Assembly (NCBI RefSeq): GCF_009914755.1 | Contig: NC_060926.1 | DNA length: 64,000 nucleotides | Strand: one strand, 5' to 3' | Origin: the human T2T-CHM13v2.0 reference genome, Homo sapiens | Shown here: piece after piece, positions 14,240 through 32,641 of the stretch | Position numbering within the stretch: the first letter of the stretch is position 1 | Layout of the letters: every line of letters begins with the position of its first letter | Program-made: the position numbers and the translations under genes | The notes under the pieces: model-generated | What the model saw: only the letters and a program-made list of their open reading frames with translations | Told to the model about the DNA's origin: nothing | Database searches by the model: none

Positions 14240-14863
14240 TTTTAGTGGACAACCCTAGGTTGGCCCCATGATACAGAACCACTGGTGTTCCTAACTGTGT
14301 AATTCCCTCTTCTTGAGTCTGGGCAGAATTTTTGACTTCCTTCTAGCATACACAATATTGCAAAGGTGAAAGTATTTTGCAGATGCAGTAGTCCCAAATC
14401 AGTTGGGTTTGAGTTAATCATAAGGGAGATTATTGTGAGTGGATCTGACTTAAGCAGGTCAAAGCCATTAAAAGAGGAACTGAGCTCTCCTTGTTACCAA
14501 GAAATTATCCTAGCTGGTTTGATTATTAGTAGCCCATGTGGCAGGAAACTTAAGATGTTCTCTAGGAGCTTAGGGTGATCTCCAGCCAACAGCCAGCAAA
14601 AAGCCAGGACCCTCAGCCTTAGAGTTACTATGAAAACAATTCTGTCAACAACTTGAATGATCATGGAAGCAGACTCTTTAAGTCCCTGGATGAGAATGCA
14701 GCCTGGTCAACACCTTGACTGCAGCCTGTGAGACCTTGAAGAGAGGACCCAGATAAACTCTGCCCAGGCTCCCGACTCATAGAAACTGCATGTGAATTAT
14801 AAACGTGTATTATTTTAAGCCACTAAGTGTGTGATAATTTGCATGGGCCAACAGCCAACTAAT
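14240..14863 (+). mobile_element. MaLR LTR (MLT1E/F-like)
   Basis: caacaccttgactgcagcctgtgagacc...ttttaagccactaag...aactaata terminus. Confidence 0.7.
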
Positions 14864-15190
14864 AATAAAATTTTATATGTAGTGAGATAGGGTTACAAGG
14901 GTTACAAATTTAGAAACCAATGTAAATCTTATTAGACTGAAATGCTGCAAAAGCCTATTTTGCCAGAGTTTCTCTGCTTGCTTTGTGGAGGATGCAGAAG
15001 ACTGACGGAGGCCAAGGTAGGGATGGAGGGGCACATAATCACTAATCTTTCCATGATTGTGACTATGCACACCTGCATTTCTGGAGTCCACTCTGCCTGT
15101 AGTGTTAGAGCAATTAGAAAAGCAAAAAGAGAAGATGAGAAAAAAAACCTTAACAATGGACATGGAAAATATCATAGAAAAAGGACATGA

Positions 15191-15468
15191 CCTGTAATCC
15201 CAGCACTTTGGGAGGCCAAGGCAGGTGGATCATGAGGTCAGGAGTTCGTGACCAGGCTGGCCAACATGGTGAAACCCCATCTCTACTAAAAATACAGAAA
15301 TTAGCTGGGCGTGGTGGCAGGCACCTGTAATCCCAGCTACTTGAGACATTGAGGCAGGAGAATCACTTCAACCTGGGAGGTGGAGACTGCCGTGAGCCAA
15401 GATTGTGCCATTGCCCTCCAGCCTGGGTGACAGAGTGAGACTCTGTTTAAAAAAAAAAAAAAAGAAAA
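15191..15468 (+). mobile_element. AluS, slightly 5'-truncated, 14-bp TSD
   Basis: Alu dimer with poly-A; GAAAAAGGACATGA at 15177-15190 and 15469-15482. Confidence 0.95.
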
Positions 15469-16045
15469 GAAAAAGGACATGAACACTGCATGAAGAGTAA
15501 AGGACAATTTATTAAAACTAGAGCTGAGAATCTAACTTTTGGGAAAGTCACCGAGATAGAGACATCTAAATTAAATAAGCAGAGATAACTACCTCACAAG
15601 TCTTAGGTTTCTAAATAACTAGAAAAGCCTTTTCATGTGGGTTCAGCAAATAAAAGTGGAGAAAAGTCAAAATTCAGGTGAGAAGGTCACCTATATCTGA
15701 AAGATATAGAGCTAATAATTTTGACTATTCAGAGCATTTTTTAAAATGACTACAAAGTTTTCTTAATGTTTAAAATTCTTCTATTGGTAAGGGTCTTTGA
15801 CATAAAAAATATACATTGAGAAGTAGAAAACTTCTGAGAGGTCCTGATACAGTAAAGAAATTATTAAATTATAAAACTGGCTGTGACACACATGCACGCA
15901 CACACACACACACACATCAATTTAAGGATTTTCTCTTTGATAATTTGACCCCTTTGTTCAAACAAGCCTATGACAGCAGGCTGATGGACCTGCATAAAAA
16001 GCCACATCTGAGGGATTTGAGCCTCAGGGAGCAGCTGCCTGGGGA

Positions 16046-16073
16046 GGTTTTTGTTTAGACCTAAAGCACTGTG
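16046..16073 (-). other. 12-RSS of IGKV7-3 (perfect consensus)
   Basis: Minus strand CACAGTG (16073-16067), 12 nt, ACAAAAACC (16054-16046). Confidence 0.97.
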
Positions 16074-16674
16074 GGAGGAAAATTCTTACTCTGCAGACGT
16101 AATAATTTGCAGTATCATTAGCTTCCACAGGATTAATTGTGAGGGTGAAATCGGTCCCAGACCCACTGCCGCTGAACCTGGCTGGGACCCCAGTGTCTTT
16201 ATTGGATGCTTGGTAAATCAGGAGTTTAGGAGGTTGTCCTGGTTTCTGCTGATACCAGTGAATTAAGTTTATTCCCAAGAAACTGACACTCTCACTGGCT
16301 CTGCAGGTGATGGTGGCCCTCTGTCCTGGAGACACGGCCAAGGAGGCTGGAGACTGGGTCAGCACAATGTCCCCATTGCAGCCTGAAATGATAAAGACAG
16401 ATAAATTATATCAGATATACTGAGACTGTCCCCATGTAGGCCCATGCATTGGTGACACTTGTAACCACAGTCATATGCAACATCTTGAGTAACCAGAAAA
16501 CAAAAGATAACTGGGGAACTTACAACCTACAATGAGTGCCCTAAATCCAACAACCAAGAATCCAGAGACACAAAAAACAATGATGGCCACATGAGTTTGC
16601 CCGATGTTTCCCTATACCCCCTCACTTGGAGCCCAGAGCAGGAGGATCCACAGCAAAGGAGCCCCGGACCCTAT
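16074..16674 (-). pseudogene. IGKV7-3: Ig kappa V pseudogene IGKV7-3: leader 16626-16674, intron 16383-16625, V exon 16074-16382
   Basis: [72 protein letters not shown]; leader IGSGAPLLWILLLWAP begins with ATA; GT/AG splice sites intact; TAT TAC GTC TGC shows a frameshift at YYC. Confidence 0.95.
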
Positions 16675-16770
16675 CTCTGAGAGCTGAACTAGAGGCTGCT
16701 CCTCAGGGGCCCTGACAAGCTGTCTTTAAGGATGCTCTGAGAAGCTTGGACCGTTGTCTAATGGCCCAAC

Positions 16771-16780
16771 ATGCAAATCA
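16771..16780 (-). promoter_or_regulatory. Vk octamer/decamer (TGATTTGCAT) of IGKV7-3
   Basis: atgcaaatca on + strand ~100 bp upstream of the leader; TTAAA-like element ~16725-16729. Confidence 0.85.
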
Positions 16781-19599
16781 GCTCAGAAAAGTTTGAGTTG
16801 ATGCTCAAAGGGGACACCTGCTCTTATTTCACCCAGTGGGAGTTGGGGCTAACAAAACATTTCCTAGGGTAGCTCAAGCATGTCCCAAGGGATTTGGTGA
16901 CCTTTTCTATTGGATCTTTGCCTGCCAGTCTACTTGAGATGCCATGTGGAGGAGTGTACTGGGGCTGCCCTGCCATTTGGATATAAGTTATTTCAGAAAT
17001 ACTTTTGATTTTTCAAAATTCATATTTTATATCATTATCAATAATAATGCATTTTAAGTTATCATTGTCAGAAAGAGAAAGCAAGTTGGGTGGGTTTTAT
17101 GAAACTGGTTCATATGGGAAGGAGAAGTTTGTTCCACTGAGTAAGTGGTATTTAAAACAAGTCTATAAATGTTATCATGATCTGGAAAGGATGAAGGGGG
17201 TGAGCATGAAACCTTGATGAAGACTGGTAACCTAAACTAATCAAGGAACTTGCCTCATTGTGGATAAGGCAGGGTCTCTCCATCTGCTTAGTCCTGAAAC
17301 CAATGCTGTATCCACCAGAGGCCCTCAGAGGCAGAAGAGTCATTGTAGTGGATCCTATTCAGAGTGGAGAATAACCATCCCCCAACTCCCACTGGTTCCA
17401 TCTGCCTTGCCACTGGAAGCTGGGGCTAAGGAAGTCCATCTTCTCCTACAGCAAGATATGGTGTCCACACCAGTCAGCTGGCACTCTCACCCATCCATAG
17501 GTGAAGGTTTTCCCCCAACAAAACCAACTTAAAATGTCTGGAAGAAGGGACTGCATCTTCAAATGTGCAGACACCAACACAAGGCTACAAGGAACATGAA
17601 AAGTCAGGGAACATGATGCCAACCATCACTTCTCTATGAGCTCCACTCCAGGACTCTATTCTGTTACTTGTGATGGAGTTCAGGGCCAGAGAGGTCCCAC
17701 TATACTGCTTCCAACTGTGCGCTTGGGTCCCTGATTACTCAGTTATATTTTTCATTGATGTTAACATGCATATTAGCTCTAGTTAACTAAAAGTTTTCTT
17801 TTATCACTCTGGGAATTGTTTTTATGCTTTTAAATTTTTATTTTATTTGATTTCAACTAAAATAAACTAGTGGCTTCCCAAAGGATCTAGGTAGAACTAA
17901 AATAATGGTCTTTCTACACCTTAAATCTACATTTTTATAAACAGCTGAAAATGAACAGCTGAGAATTACAGCTACACCTTAGGGCAAAGGAGATGAAGAG
18001 CGGGAACTTAGATTAGTGTGGTGAGTTTGAGTGGAAAGTACTATACCCTCTTGTTTTTCCTAAATGATTAAATTCTGCTTACCTAGCTCTATTCCCCTAG
18101 AAGAAAGCAGGAATAATGGAATTTGAGTATTCCTTGAAAAAACAAAGAACATTTTCAAGAAATTTAAGAAGTTTTCAAACTTTAACCTTTCAGATGTCTA
18201 GTAGATATCTCTGGAAAACAGGGCAAGCATCAATTTGTGGATTGAGAAGAAAGATAAAATATTTCAGAGGAGCCAATATGCCATGAGAAAAGTCCTGAAA
18301 AACTCCCCCTGAACCCTTGGAACTTTTGTGCCATGATTAGGGTTGGGACAATCCCTGAGCTTTGCCCCCTCCTACAACTCTGGGTGGAGGAGGACAGAAG
18401 TAGAGGTGGGAAGTAAAAGGGGTGAAATTTGCATTTTTTTATTAGGCCACCTAGATGACCGATCATTAAGAAGGCTCTAGAAAATAGAGACAAACTTGAC
18501 CACTTTAAGTTGTTCACTGTCCCATCCTCTGTCTTCTACTCTTTCTCCAGCAACCAAGTGATAACTACTACACACAACCTGCAAGGATACAGTCCTCAGA
18601 CTCAGATCTGGGGTGGAGGTAGGGAAGGTAATAATAAAATGCACCCACATGTGTTTGGAGCAATCAAGAAATATTGAACTATACCATATTTTGGCAAATA
18701 AAAGACTTGGGTAAAGCAACCCCATCAAGGATAAGTAATTTGAAATGAAATAATACTGAAAATTACAAATATACCATGGGAGAGGGCTATATGACTGACA
18801 AAAATACATAGCAAGTAAATAATAAATTAGATAACTCTTCTGAAAATGATGTACTCTAGTAAAACAAAAGTATTTTCTGCAGCAAATGATTGTAAATTTA
18901 GAAGACACACCAAAAAAAAAAAAAAAAAAGAAAAACACTTAAATTTATTTTCAAGGATGAGATAGCAAGAAAATAATAGGTAAAATAAATGTGTCTGGTT
19001 ACAGGTACAGGATTAAAAAAGTAAAGCAGAACTAGTAATTTTAACATAGAAAAAATGTAATAAGGCAAAGAAATAAATGGAGTCAAAGACACATAAGGTA
19101 AGCTTAGTAAAGGGATAAAGTTCAGAAAAAAAGGCAAAAAAAATTACAGATAATTATAGAAAGGATAGAAAATAGGCACCCAATATACATGGATAATTGA
19201 TGTGTTTTAATTATGGAATTTAATAAAATGGCATATGAAATAAAATGTAATAACATAATGACCAGAATGTCAATATGTTTAAGTGAAGATATGTTAAAAC
19301 ACCCCACCATAACATATATGTGAATTACATATTTATTAAATACAGAAATATTAAAAGATAAATCTATAACAAAGAATTTATATGAATATATATCTGACTT
19401 TGTATTTAAAGAGACTATTTATAAGCCAGAAGAAAAAGGAATTCTAAAAGAAACAAAAAAATATAAAAAGAAAGCAACAGAAGCCTAATATAAAGTTTCT
19501 AAGTAGAAGTTTTAAATCAATGTCAAACACAAAATTATACACTGAAGAAAATCAATACATGTAAAAATAAAAGTAAACTATAACAATCAAAGACATCTC

Positions 19600-20440
19600 A
19601 CAAAATGATGAAGAAAGCAAATTTAAATTAGAAAAATAATCCATAAAATGAAAAATTAATAAATTGGACCTCATCTAAATTGAAGTTTTTGATCTGAAAA
19701 AAAATCTCTATTAAAGGGATGTAATAAATTGAAAGTGGACTTGTGTAATTTAGCAAATGAACTCTTGAGCAATTATCTCAGAGAAATAAAACATTATTAT
19801 ACAGAAACTTGTACACAAATGTTCACAGAAGCTTTATTTATAGTAGCTAAATCAAGGAAATTACCCAAATGTCTTTCAGTAAGTAAACAGTTAAATAAAC
19901 TGGGGTAATCCGTATTATAGAATACATTCAGAAATAAAAAGCAATAAACAATTGATATACCCAACTTTGATGAGCCTGAAGGGTATTACGCCAGTGAAAT
20001 AAGCCAATCTCGAAATGGTACTTATTGCATGATGTCTTTTATGTGGTGTTTGCCAAGGGTTAAGGATGGGGTAGAGAAGGTGAGTGCGGCTATAAAAGGG
20101 TAACACCAGGAGTCGTGTGGTGATGATTTAGCTGAATTTCTTGATTACAGTGGTGGTTATAGAAGGTCACATAAATGATTCATTCACATCGAGCTACACA
20201 CACATAAACACAATCACATAAACAAACAAAAATTGTGTGCGTGCGTAACTTGTGAAAACTGAATAAGTTCTATGGATGACACCAATGTTAATTTCCTGTC
20301 TTTGGTATTGTACTATAGTTTGAAAGATGTCAACACTGGAGGAAGTTGCCAAGATGTATGAGACTTCTGTATATTTCTTTGCAACTTCCTGTGAACCTAT
20401 AACTATGTTATAGTTAAAAAATAAAAAGTAAAAAAAATCT
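19600..20440 (+). mobile_element. Old L1M (MC/ME-type) 3' region
   Basis: acttgtacacaaatgttcacagaagctttatt, aaatgtctttcagtaagtaaac, tttgcaacttcctgtgaacctat motifs; boundaries approximate. Confidence 0.6.
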
Positions 20441-20785
20441 TAAGCTTTATTACTTGAAAACCTTGAAAAAAATGAATTGCCCTTTTTCTATCAAATGATT
20501 GGCAAAAAAACTTAAAGCCTTATGCCTCCCTCTGCTGGTGGGAATGGAGAGGGATTGAAAAGCCATACTTTGGTGGTTGCAATGTGGATTTCTACTGTTT
20601 CCTAAGTAATCTCTGCTCACTATTGGAGTGAAATTTAAAATACGTACACTTGTTGGCCCAAACTTACTACTAAGAAAATTGCCTATAGAACTAATAACTC
20701 CGTGTTGTCTAAGGAAACATCTGAATGCCTATCAGTAAGAGATGGCTAAATATATTGTGCTATTTTCATATTATGAAAAATTATG

Positions 20786-22014
20786 GCTGCCTCTGCCTCT
20801 GCCCCTCTGCCCCTCTGCCCCTCTGCCCCTCTGCCTCTCTGCCTCTGCCTCTCTGCCTCTGCCTCTCTGCCTCTCTGCCTCTCTGCCTCTCTGCCTCACT
20901 GCCTCTGCCTCTGCCTCTGCCTCTGCCTCTGCCTCTCGCTCTCCCTCTCTGTACGGTGTCCCTCTGATGCCCAGCCGAGGCTGGACTGTACTGCCGCCAT
21001 CTCGGCTCACTGCAACCTCCCTGCCTGATTCTCCTGCCTCAGCCTGCCTAGTGCCTGGGATTGCAGGCGCGCGCCGCCACGCCTGACTGGTTTTCGTATT
21101 TTTTGGTGGAGACGGGGTTTCACCGTGTTGGCCGGGCTGGTCTCCAGCTCCTGACCACGAGTGATCTGCCAGCCTCGGCCTCCTGAGGTGCCAGGATTGC
21201 AGCCGGAGTCTCGCTCACTCAGTGCTCAATGTTGCCCAGGCTGGAGTGCAGTGGCATGATCTCGGCTGGCTACAACCTCCACCTCCCAGCCGCCTGCCTT
21301 GGCCTCCCAAAGTGCCGAGATTGCAGCCTCTGCCCGGCTGCCACCACGTCTAGGAAGTGAGGAGCGTCTCTGCCTGGCCGCCCATCATCTGGGATGTGAG
21401 GAGCCCCCTCTGCCTGGCCGCCCAGTCTGGGAAGTGAGGAGCGCCTCTTCCCGGCCGTCATCCTGTCTAGGAAGTGAGGAGTCTCTGCTCGGCCGCCCAT
21501 TGTCTGGGATGTGGGGAGCGCCTCTGCCCCGCCGCCCCATCTGAGATGTAAAGAGCTCCTCTGCCCGGCCGTGACCCCGTCTGGGAACTGAGGAGTGTCT
21601 CTGCCCCGCCGCCACCCCGTCTGGGAGGTGAGGAGCGTCTCTGACCGGCCGCCCCGTCTAAGTGAGGAGCCCCTCCGCCCGGTAGCCGCCCAGTCTGGGA
21701 AGTGAGGAGAGTCTCCGCCCTGCAGCTGCCCCGTCCGGGAGGTGGGGGGCAGCCCCCGCCCGGCCAGCCGCCCCGTCTGGGAGGTGGGGGGCGCCTCTGC
21801 CCGGCCGCCACCCCGTCTGGGAGGTGTACCCAACAGCTCATTGAGAACGGGCCATGATGATGATGGCAGTTTTGTCGAATAGAGAAGGGGGAAATGTGGG
21901 GAAAAGAAAGAGAGATCAGATTGTTACTGTGTCTGTGTAGAAAGAAGTAGACATAGAAGACTCCATTTTGTTCTGTACTAAGAAAAATTCTTCTGCCTTG
22001 AAAAAAAAAAAACA
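20786..22014 (+). mobile_element. SVA (older B/C-like), 3'-truncated in SINE-R, variant hexamer head
   Basis: (GCCTCT)n-like head 20787-20945, antisense Alu-like domain, GC-rich VNTR ~21330-21830, SINE-R stopping at ...cttctgccttg then poly-A; TSD GAAAAATTATG at 20775-20785 and 22015-22025. Confidence 0.93.
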
Positions 22015-22139
22015 GAAAAATTATGCAATTTTTGAAAGAAAGGGTTAATTTCATACAATTGATCTGTTTATTATACAATATCAAGTGTAAAAGCAGAAAT
22101 ACAAAAATGTTTTTATAACACGTAATCCAGTGTTTGAGA

Positions 22140-27197
<5,058 letters not shown>

Positions 27198-27207
27198 ACA
27201 TAACTTC

Positions 27208-27891
27208 CTCCCCTGCCCGGCCAGCCGCCCCGTCCGGGAGGTGGGGGGCAGCCCCCGCCCGGCAGCCACCCAGTCTGGGAGGTGGGGGGCGCCTCCGCCC
27301 GGCCGCCCCATCTGGGAAGTGAGGAGCCCCTCTGCCCGGCTGCCACCCCGTCTGGGAGGCCTACCGAACAGCTCATTGAGAACCGGCCATGATGACGATG
27401 GCGGTTTTGTCGAATAGAAAGGGGGGAAATGTGGGGAGAAGAGGGAGAGATCGGTTTGTTACTGTGTCTGTGTGGAAGGAGGTAGACATTAGAGACTCCA
27501 TTTTGTTCTGTACTAGGAAAAATTCTTCTGCCTTGGGATGCTGTTAATCTATAACCTTACCCCCAACCCCGTGCTCTCTGAAACATGTGCTGTGTCCACT
27601 CAGGGTTAAAATGATTAAGGGCGGTGCAAGATGTGCTTTGTTAAACAGATGCTTGAAGGCAGCATGCTCGTTAAGAGTCATCACCACTCCCTAATCTCAA
27701 ATACCCAGGGACACAAACACTGTGGAAGGCCGCAGGGTCCTCTGCCTAGGAAAACCAGAGACCTTTGTTCACATGTTTATCTGCTGACCTTCCCTCCACT
27801 ATTGTCCTATGACCCTGCCAAATCCCCCTCTCTGAGAAACACCCAAGAATGATCAATAAATACTAAAAAAATTAAAAAACAAAAAAACAAG
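27208..27891 (+). mobile_element. 5'-truncated SVA (VNTR end + complete SINE-R + poly-A)
   Basis: VNTR units, SINE-R through aatgatcaataaatac, A-tail; TSD AAAAACATAACTTC at 27194-27207 and 27892-27905. Confidence 0.95.
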
Positions 27892-28089
27892 AAAAACATA
27901 ACTTCTTAAAAAATAATTAGTTATTTCCACTATCTAATACAGCAACTTGAATTGTGGGAGAATGAGTAACAGTGAAAGATTTGTCATATTTTCTTTTATT
28001 ATAAATCAATTATTAAAAATATTATTCTTACAAAATAATCTTTTTTGAATTTCAGAGTATTGCTATTGCCAGTAAAAGTTAATGATAAA

Positions 28090-28615
28090 CCTTTAAAAAG
28101 TCTGCCTTGTAATTGGTTATTTTGTCTCAAAATCTGTTGCCCTTAAGTATCCAGACCATGTAAACTTTTGTAAGAATTCTTCTTTCATCAGAAAAAGGCT
28201 TTGAAATTTTCTTATACTATCTGGGAGTATAATATTCTTAATTCTAAATGGGAACCTCCCCTTTCTGTATGTTAACATACCGTGCCAAAATGTTGACAAC
28301 AGCAGCTAGAGTGGATCACTCCACACTGGACAAAGATAAGAATTGATAAAGTTTGTAAGAACAGCCTATGTTTAGATCTAGGTGGGAAGCAGGCCACTGT
28401 GTGTCTCCAATCTTGGTCACATTCAACTGCATGAGGACAGACTTATATAGGTCAGTTTTCTTGTAGTTCAACTTTCTTGCCAAATCCTGTTTGGGGGTCC
28501 ATAAGTGTAAAAGCACATGTAATATATATACATATATAATATGTATGTGTGTGTGTAATAATATATATATTACATGTATACATGTATATATACATGTAAT
28601 ATATATACCTTATAT

Positions 28616-28698
<83 letters not shown>

Positions 28699-31450
28699 CT
28701 TGGGAAAGAGGAGTCTTGGAAGTGGAATTGCTTGTGTCCATTAAGCTGGATTCAGTGTTCGTAGGGTGGAGTTTGACCCTATTTGTAGGGGATTTGGGGG
28801 CTTATCAAGGAAAAAGAGGTGACCACAGAGTAGCAGTAGCACACACATTTATTGGGTGAAACTTTGAGGGGCTCACAGGGACAAGTCCTTCACAGCAGGA
28901 GTCTTTGCAGATGTGAAGGTGCCAGGTTGCTATTCAGAAAGGAAGGGAAACAAGAAAACACCTGAGGAAAGGGACACTGGAGAAAGGGGCTTATGTGTCT
29001 AGGTGATGTCACACAGCAGCATGATGGAGAGCCTCTGGGTTAGAAAGCTCAAGAGGACAGTTGCAGTTTGGGGGTTTTATTGCCTGAATCTTACTTTATT
29101 TATTGGCAGCAGGTGAGGTTTCCTGGCATATGCAAAGCAAGCAGTGTCTAAATGGCAAAATAATAATAATAATAAAATTTGAGGGCTATTTTTGAAATAA
29201 TTAGTTGTGTAAAATTTGAACTTGATGATAGTAGTTTAAAAATAAACCTGCAGTTTAGCAATACACAACTTTGAGGGCAGTAAACAGAGCTTTGATTCAT
29301 TTATATAACACTGTTGCACATCCTATAATGTTTGTTCTGTTGACTTTATCAACCCAAACTGTCCAAACCTATAATGCTTTGCACTAGAATACATACCCAG
29401 ATGTGTGGTTCCTTCCCATACCCAAATGGAGGTTCCTTATGGCATTGATTGTGGTGATGGATTCATGGGTGTGTACTAATTTTCAAACTCATGAAATTGT
29501 GTACATTAAATATGTACAATTTTTTGGTATGTCAATTATCTCAATAAAATGGTTTTAAAAATCTCAACTAGCAGAGGGATATTCCCCAAATGCAGATTGT
29601 CTAGAGTGGATTCCTGGCTTCAAGACACTTGTAATGAAAGCTGGTTGTCTCTTCTAAATAACTATAAATTGTCACCCAGAAGAAGTAAAATTCATGGCTA
29701 ACCATTCTGTTTTACAGGTTCAGAGCAGGCTTTGTGGATGTGTTTATCCTCCGAATTTATATATTCTCTCTAAACACTGGGAGACGTTAGTATGTTTACA
29801 TGTCTGACTTCTCTGGGTTGTCAAGATCCCATTTTTGATCTACCTAATATGAATTTGTATCCAAATGTTTAAATTCTTTTCTTTCCTTTTACTTGAAGTA
29901 AATACTAAAAAATCCTACAGAGATACTCAACCCAACCATAAAAATGAGTTTGAGAATCATGTGTTGGCGATGAAGGCTTTTTATCTGTAAATGCTAAACT
30001 TTCTGCTGAGCCCAGCTCACCCATGGACTAACTGGATAAAGTGAGACAATAATTCCATTGTCTACCTGAGCATTCCCCACCTTAAAATTTTTAACTGCCT
30101 CTAACATCTCTGCTCTAGGCTTACTCTTGAAGACAGGGTCCTCTATCTTGAAAAGAAGTTTTTCTCAAAAGCCAGAGCTTGTTTAATAATTTTCAGTTTT
30201 TTTAATGTGAGATTTGTCTATTCCACCTTGTAAGAAAATTTGATTTGCCAGACAAATGAAAAGTGGAAAACTCAAGAAGAGTTTAGAGATAGAATCAAGG
30301 ACAATAGCATTTTAAACTGTGGGTACATCTGTCTTTGAAATAATTTGTATAAATATACGGAAATGACAAAGTAAATAATTTTTTTGTATTTTTAATTTAG
30401 ATAAGATAGTTTACTTGCAGAAAAATGGAGACTATGAACCTGGAATTCTCAAATTCAATGTTTTTTCTTCCGGTTTAAATAATTTCAAGAATCTATAAAA
30501 TACTTACATAAACTTTAAATACAGAAATTTTAAGAGCTTCAGAAAAAATCGACCAAATTAAATCCCTTACACTAGTTTCTGAAATCAACCAAAATTGTGT
30601 TTTAACTACTGTGTTTTATTTCCAATGAACAACAATCAAAAACATTAGATAAAGTAAGATGCAATAGGTGAATGAATTGTTTGGTGGTCACTCTTAGTTA
30701 TAATGAGATAATAATGAGACAATATCTTCATCAGAAAGTGGAAATGGTGACTTTCTGCCTTAAGGGAGCAGGGGACTCACAGTTGTAAACTTCCCCTCCG
30801 TCTTGATCTTTCTTGTGCAGGAGCCGAGGGTAATCCACTGTTTCAGTGGTCTTTGAGCAGCAACAGTCCTCATCTTTCTGTAATTCTAGAAATGCTCATA
30901 CTGGGCTCTTCTAAAACACTTTTTATGCTAAATAGAAAAATAAAGATCAGTAATAAAATAAAAAGAAATAAAATAAAATAACTTATGAACTCCTGGAAGT
31001 AGTTGTGGGATAAAATTATAAAGTTTAACAAAAAACTAGAACCTAGAACAACTTACTAAAAACTAATTTAGTCAAATTTTACTCTTATTTTGTATTCTTG
31101 CCCTCACAAATTAGGAATTTTCTCAACCCAAAGAATGATTGCCTTTCTTATATTCTGGAATCTTAACAGCCATAGGAGAAATTTGAAACTATGAGAATTT
31201 ATACTAACCAGTTATCCTAGGAAATCTGGTTACACAAAAATTAACTATTTAGAGTAAAATAAAAGGAAAAATTTGTTGATCCCATGGAAATAATTAACTG
31301 AATATTTGCTGATCAATAAAGCTAATCCTAAGTATGCCCCTAAATAACAGCGACATCGTTGTTTCTGGATTAATGCTAAGTTTTCAAGATCCATTAAAAG
31401 TAATTTGCCTTGGATTCAGACTCATAGTATTGGTCATAACTGTAATTCAA
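28090..31450 (-). mobile_element. Ancient CR1/L3-clade LINE ORF2 fossil (endonuclease + RT), interrupted
   Basis: Ordered decayed motifs on minus strand: MTNTMSL..DVAVI*GHT*D (~31330-31445), EMLEAVKNFKVGNAQVDNGI (30051-30120), KWDLDNPEK (~29810-29835), LDNLHLG (~29585-29605), MQLNVTK (~28410-28435), GMLTYRKGRFPFRIKNIILP..WSGYLR (28117-28290). Recognised by eye only. Confidence 0.6.
28516..28696. repeat. TA-rich tract with (TC)n(TA)n compound microsatellite
   Basis: (TC)n ~28620-28657 directly followed by (TA)n ~28658-28696. Confidence 0.92.
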
Positions 31451-32641
31451 CTACCACCAGAACTTGTAGAAGACAACAACAAAAAAGAAGGGGTAATGAG
31501 AAATATGTTATGAAATGTATCCCAATGTTAACATTTATGAAGGAGAGGGAGGTGTTTTATGAATATCTATTCTCATAGCACTGATATCTTCAATTTGATA
31601 AGCAAATACAAATCTTTAAACCAGAATTTGGAACAGGGTAAATATGGCTCTCATGAATTTGACTTGACTGCGTCCTGGGGTTGTATTGACATAAGGACTA
31701 GATGGAGGTACATACAGCAGAAGTAATGAAAATTATAATGTCAAATTTTAGAGCCTCCTAACTAAAGCACTAGCTCAGATACTGTATAAAGATGAAAAAA
31801 AAGTTATGTGAAAATGCCCTGGAACTGTTTCTGGACTGCCTAGTAACATCCTGGCTGTGGTTGGATGGCTGATTTACCCCAGCTGGAAGTATCAGTATTG
31901 TACAGCTGAAATTTGTGGGCACTCTCCTCTGCAGTTGTCACCAAATGGCTTATACTTTTATTTTCAAAATCCACTTGCAATTCTAAGAGCTCTCCTTTTC
32001 TCTCACAAAAGGCAGTTGAGGCAAATCAAAGACTTTTGGGATAAAATGTTATCTCCACTATGAATTGACAAAGTCTATTTAGATGTTTGCAAACTAAACA
32101 TTTTCACTAATTGCTGTGAGTCACACTCCCCCTGAGTATAGCTTGTGTAGAATGCAATCACAGGTATGTAAGTGGAGGTTTGGTATAACCACTAATGGAG
32201 AGGTAGGAAGTTAGAAAGTGGGAAAATACCAATTTCTGAATATTACCAAACGTTATCGTGTTAAAAATATAACAAAACCTGCTAATCCTAACATATACCC
32301 AACCTTTGTAGCCATGAGTAGGCCTCAATTTTCTTGCTGTTATGCTGACTAAATCTCATTGACAAATGCAGGAAACACAGGGAGGATCAGAATGCACTTT
32401 CCAGGTAGCTCTCTCTTCTGTCATGTCTAGTTGCTCAGAGAGCACTTTGATCACCTTCATTCTTCTGCTTGAGCCATGTGAAATAAGGCTGTTACAGTGA
32501 TGGGGCCAGAACAGTCTGGATCTTCCTGCAAATTATTCCCTGCAGTCATCTAACATCTACCTGTGAAGCCAACTCAGAATCTGCCATGCAGACAGTCCAC
32601 GTGCAAACACTTGTGGATGGCTGGGCCATCCCAAGTAGGGA

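Noticed and set aside
17620-17745. Faint FR3-like text on minus strand
   Set aside because: No conserved Cys/Trp, splice site or RSS; within chance.
21330-21830. Array of ~37-50-bp repeats, superficially CRISPR-like
   Set aside because: It is the SVA VNTR: no unique spacers, no cas genes, primate DNA.
20725-22084. Long overlapping ORFs (up to 205 aa)
   Set aside because: Products of the SVA hexamer and GC-rich VNTR, not genes.
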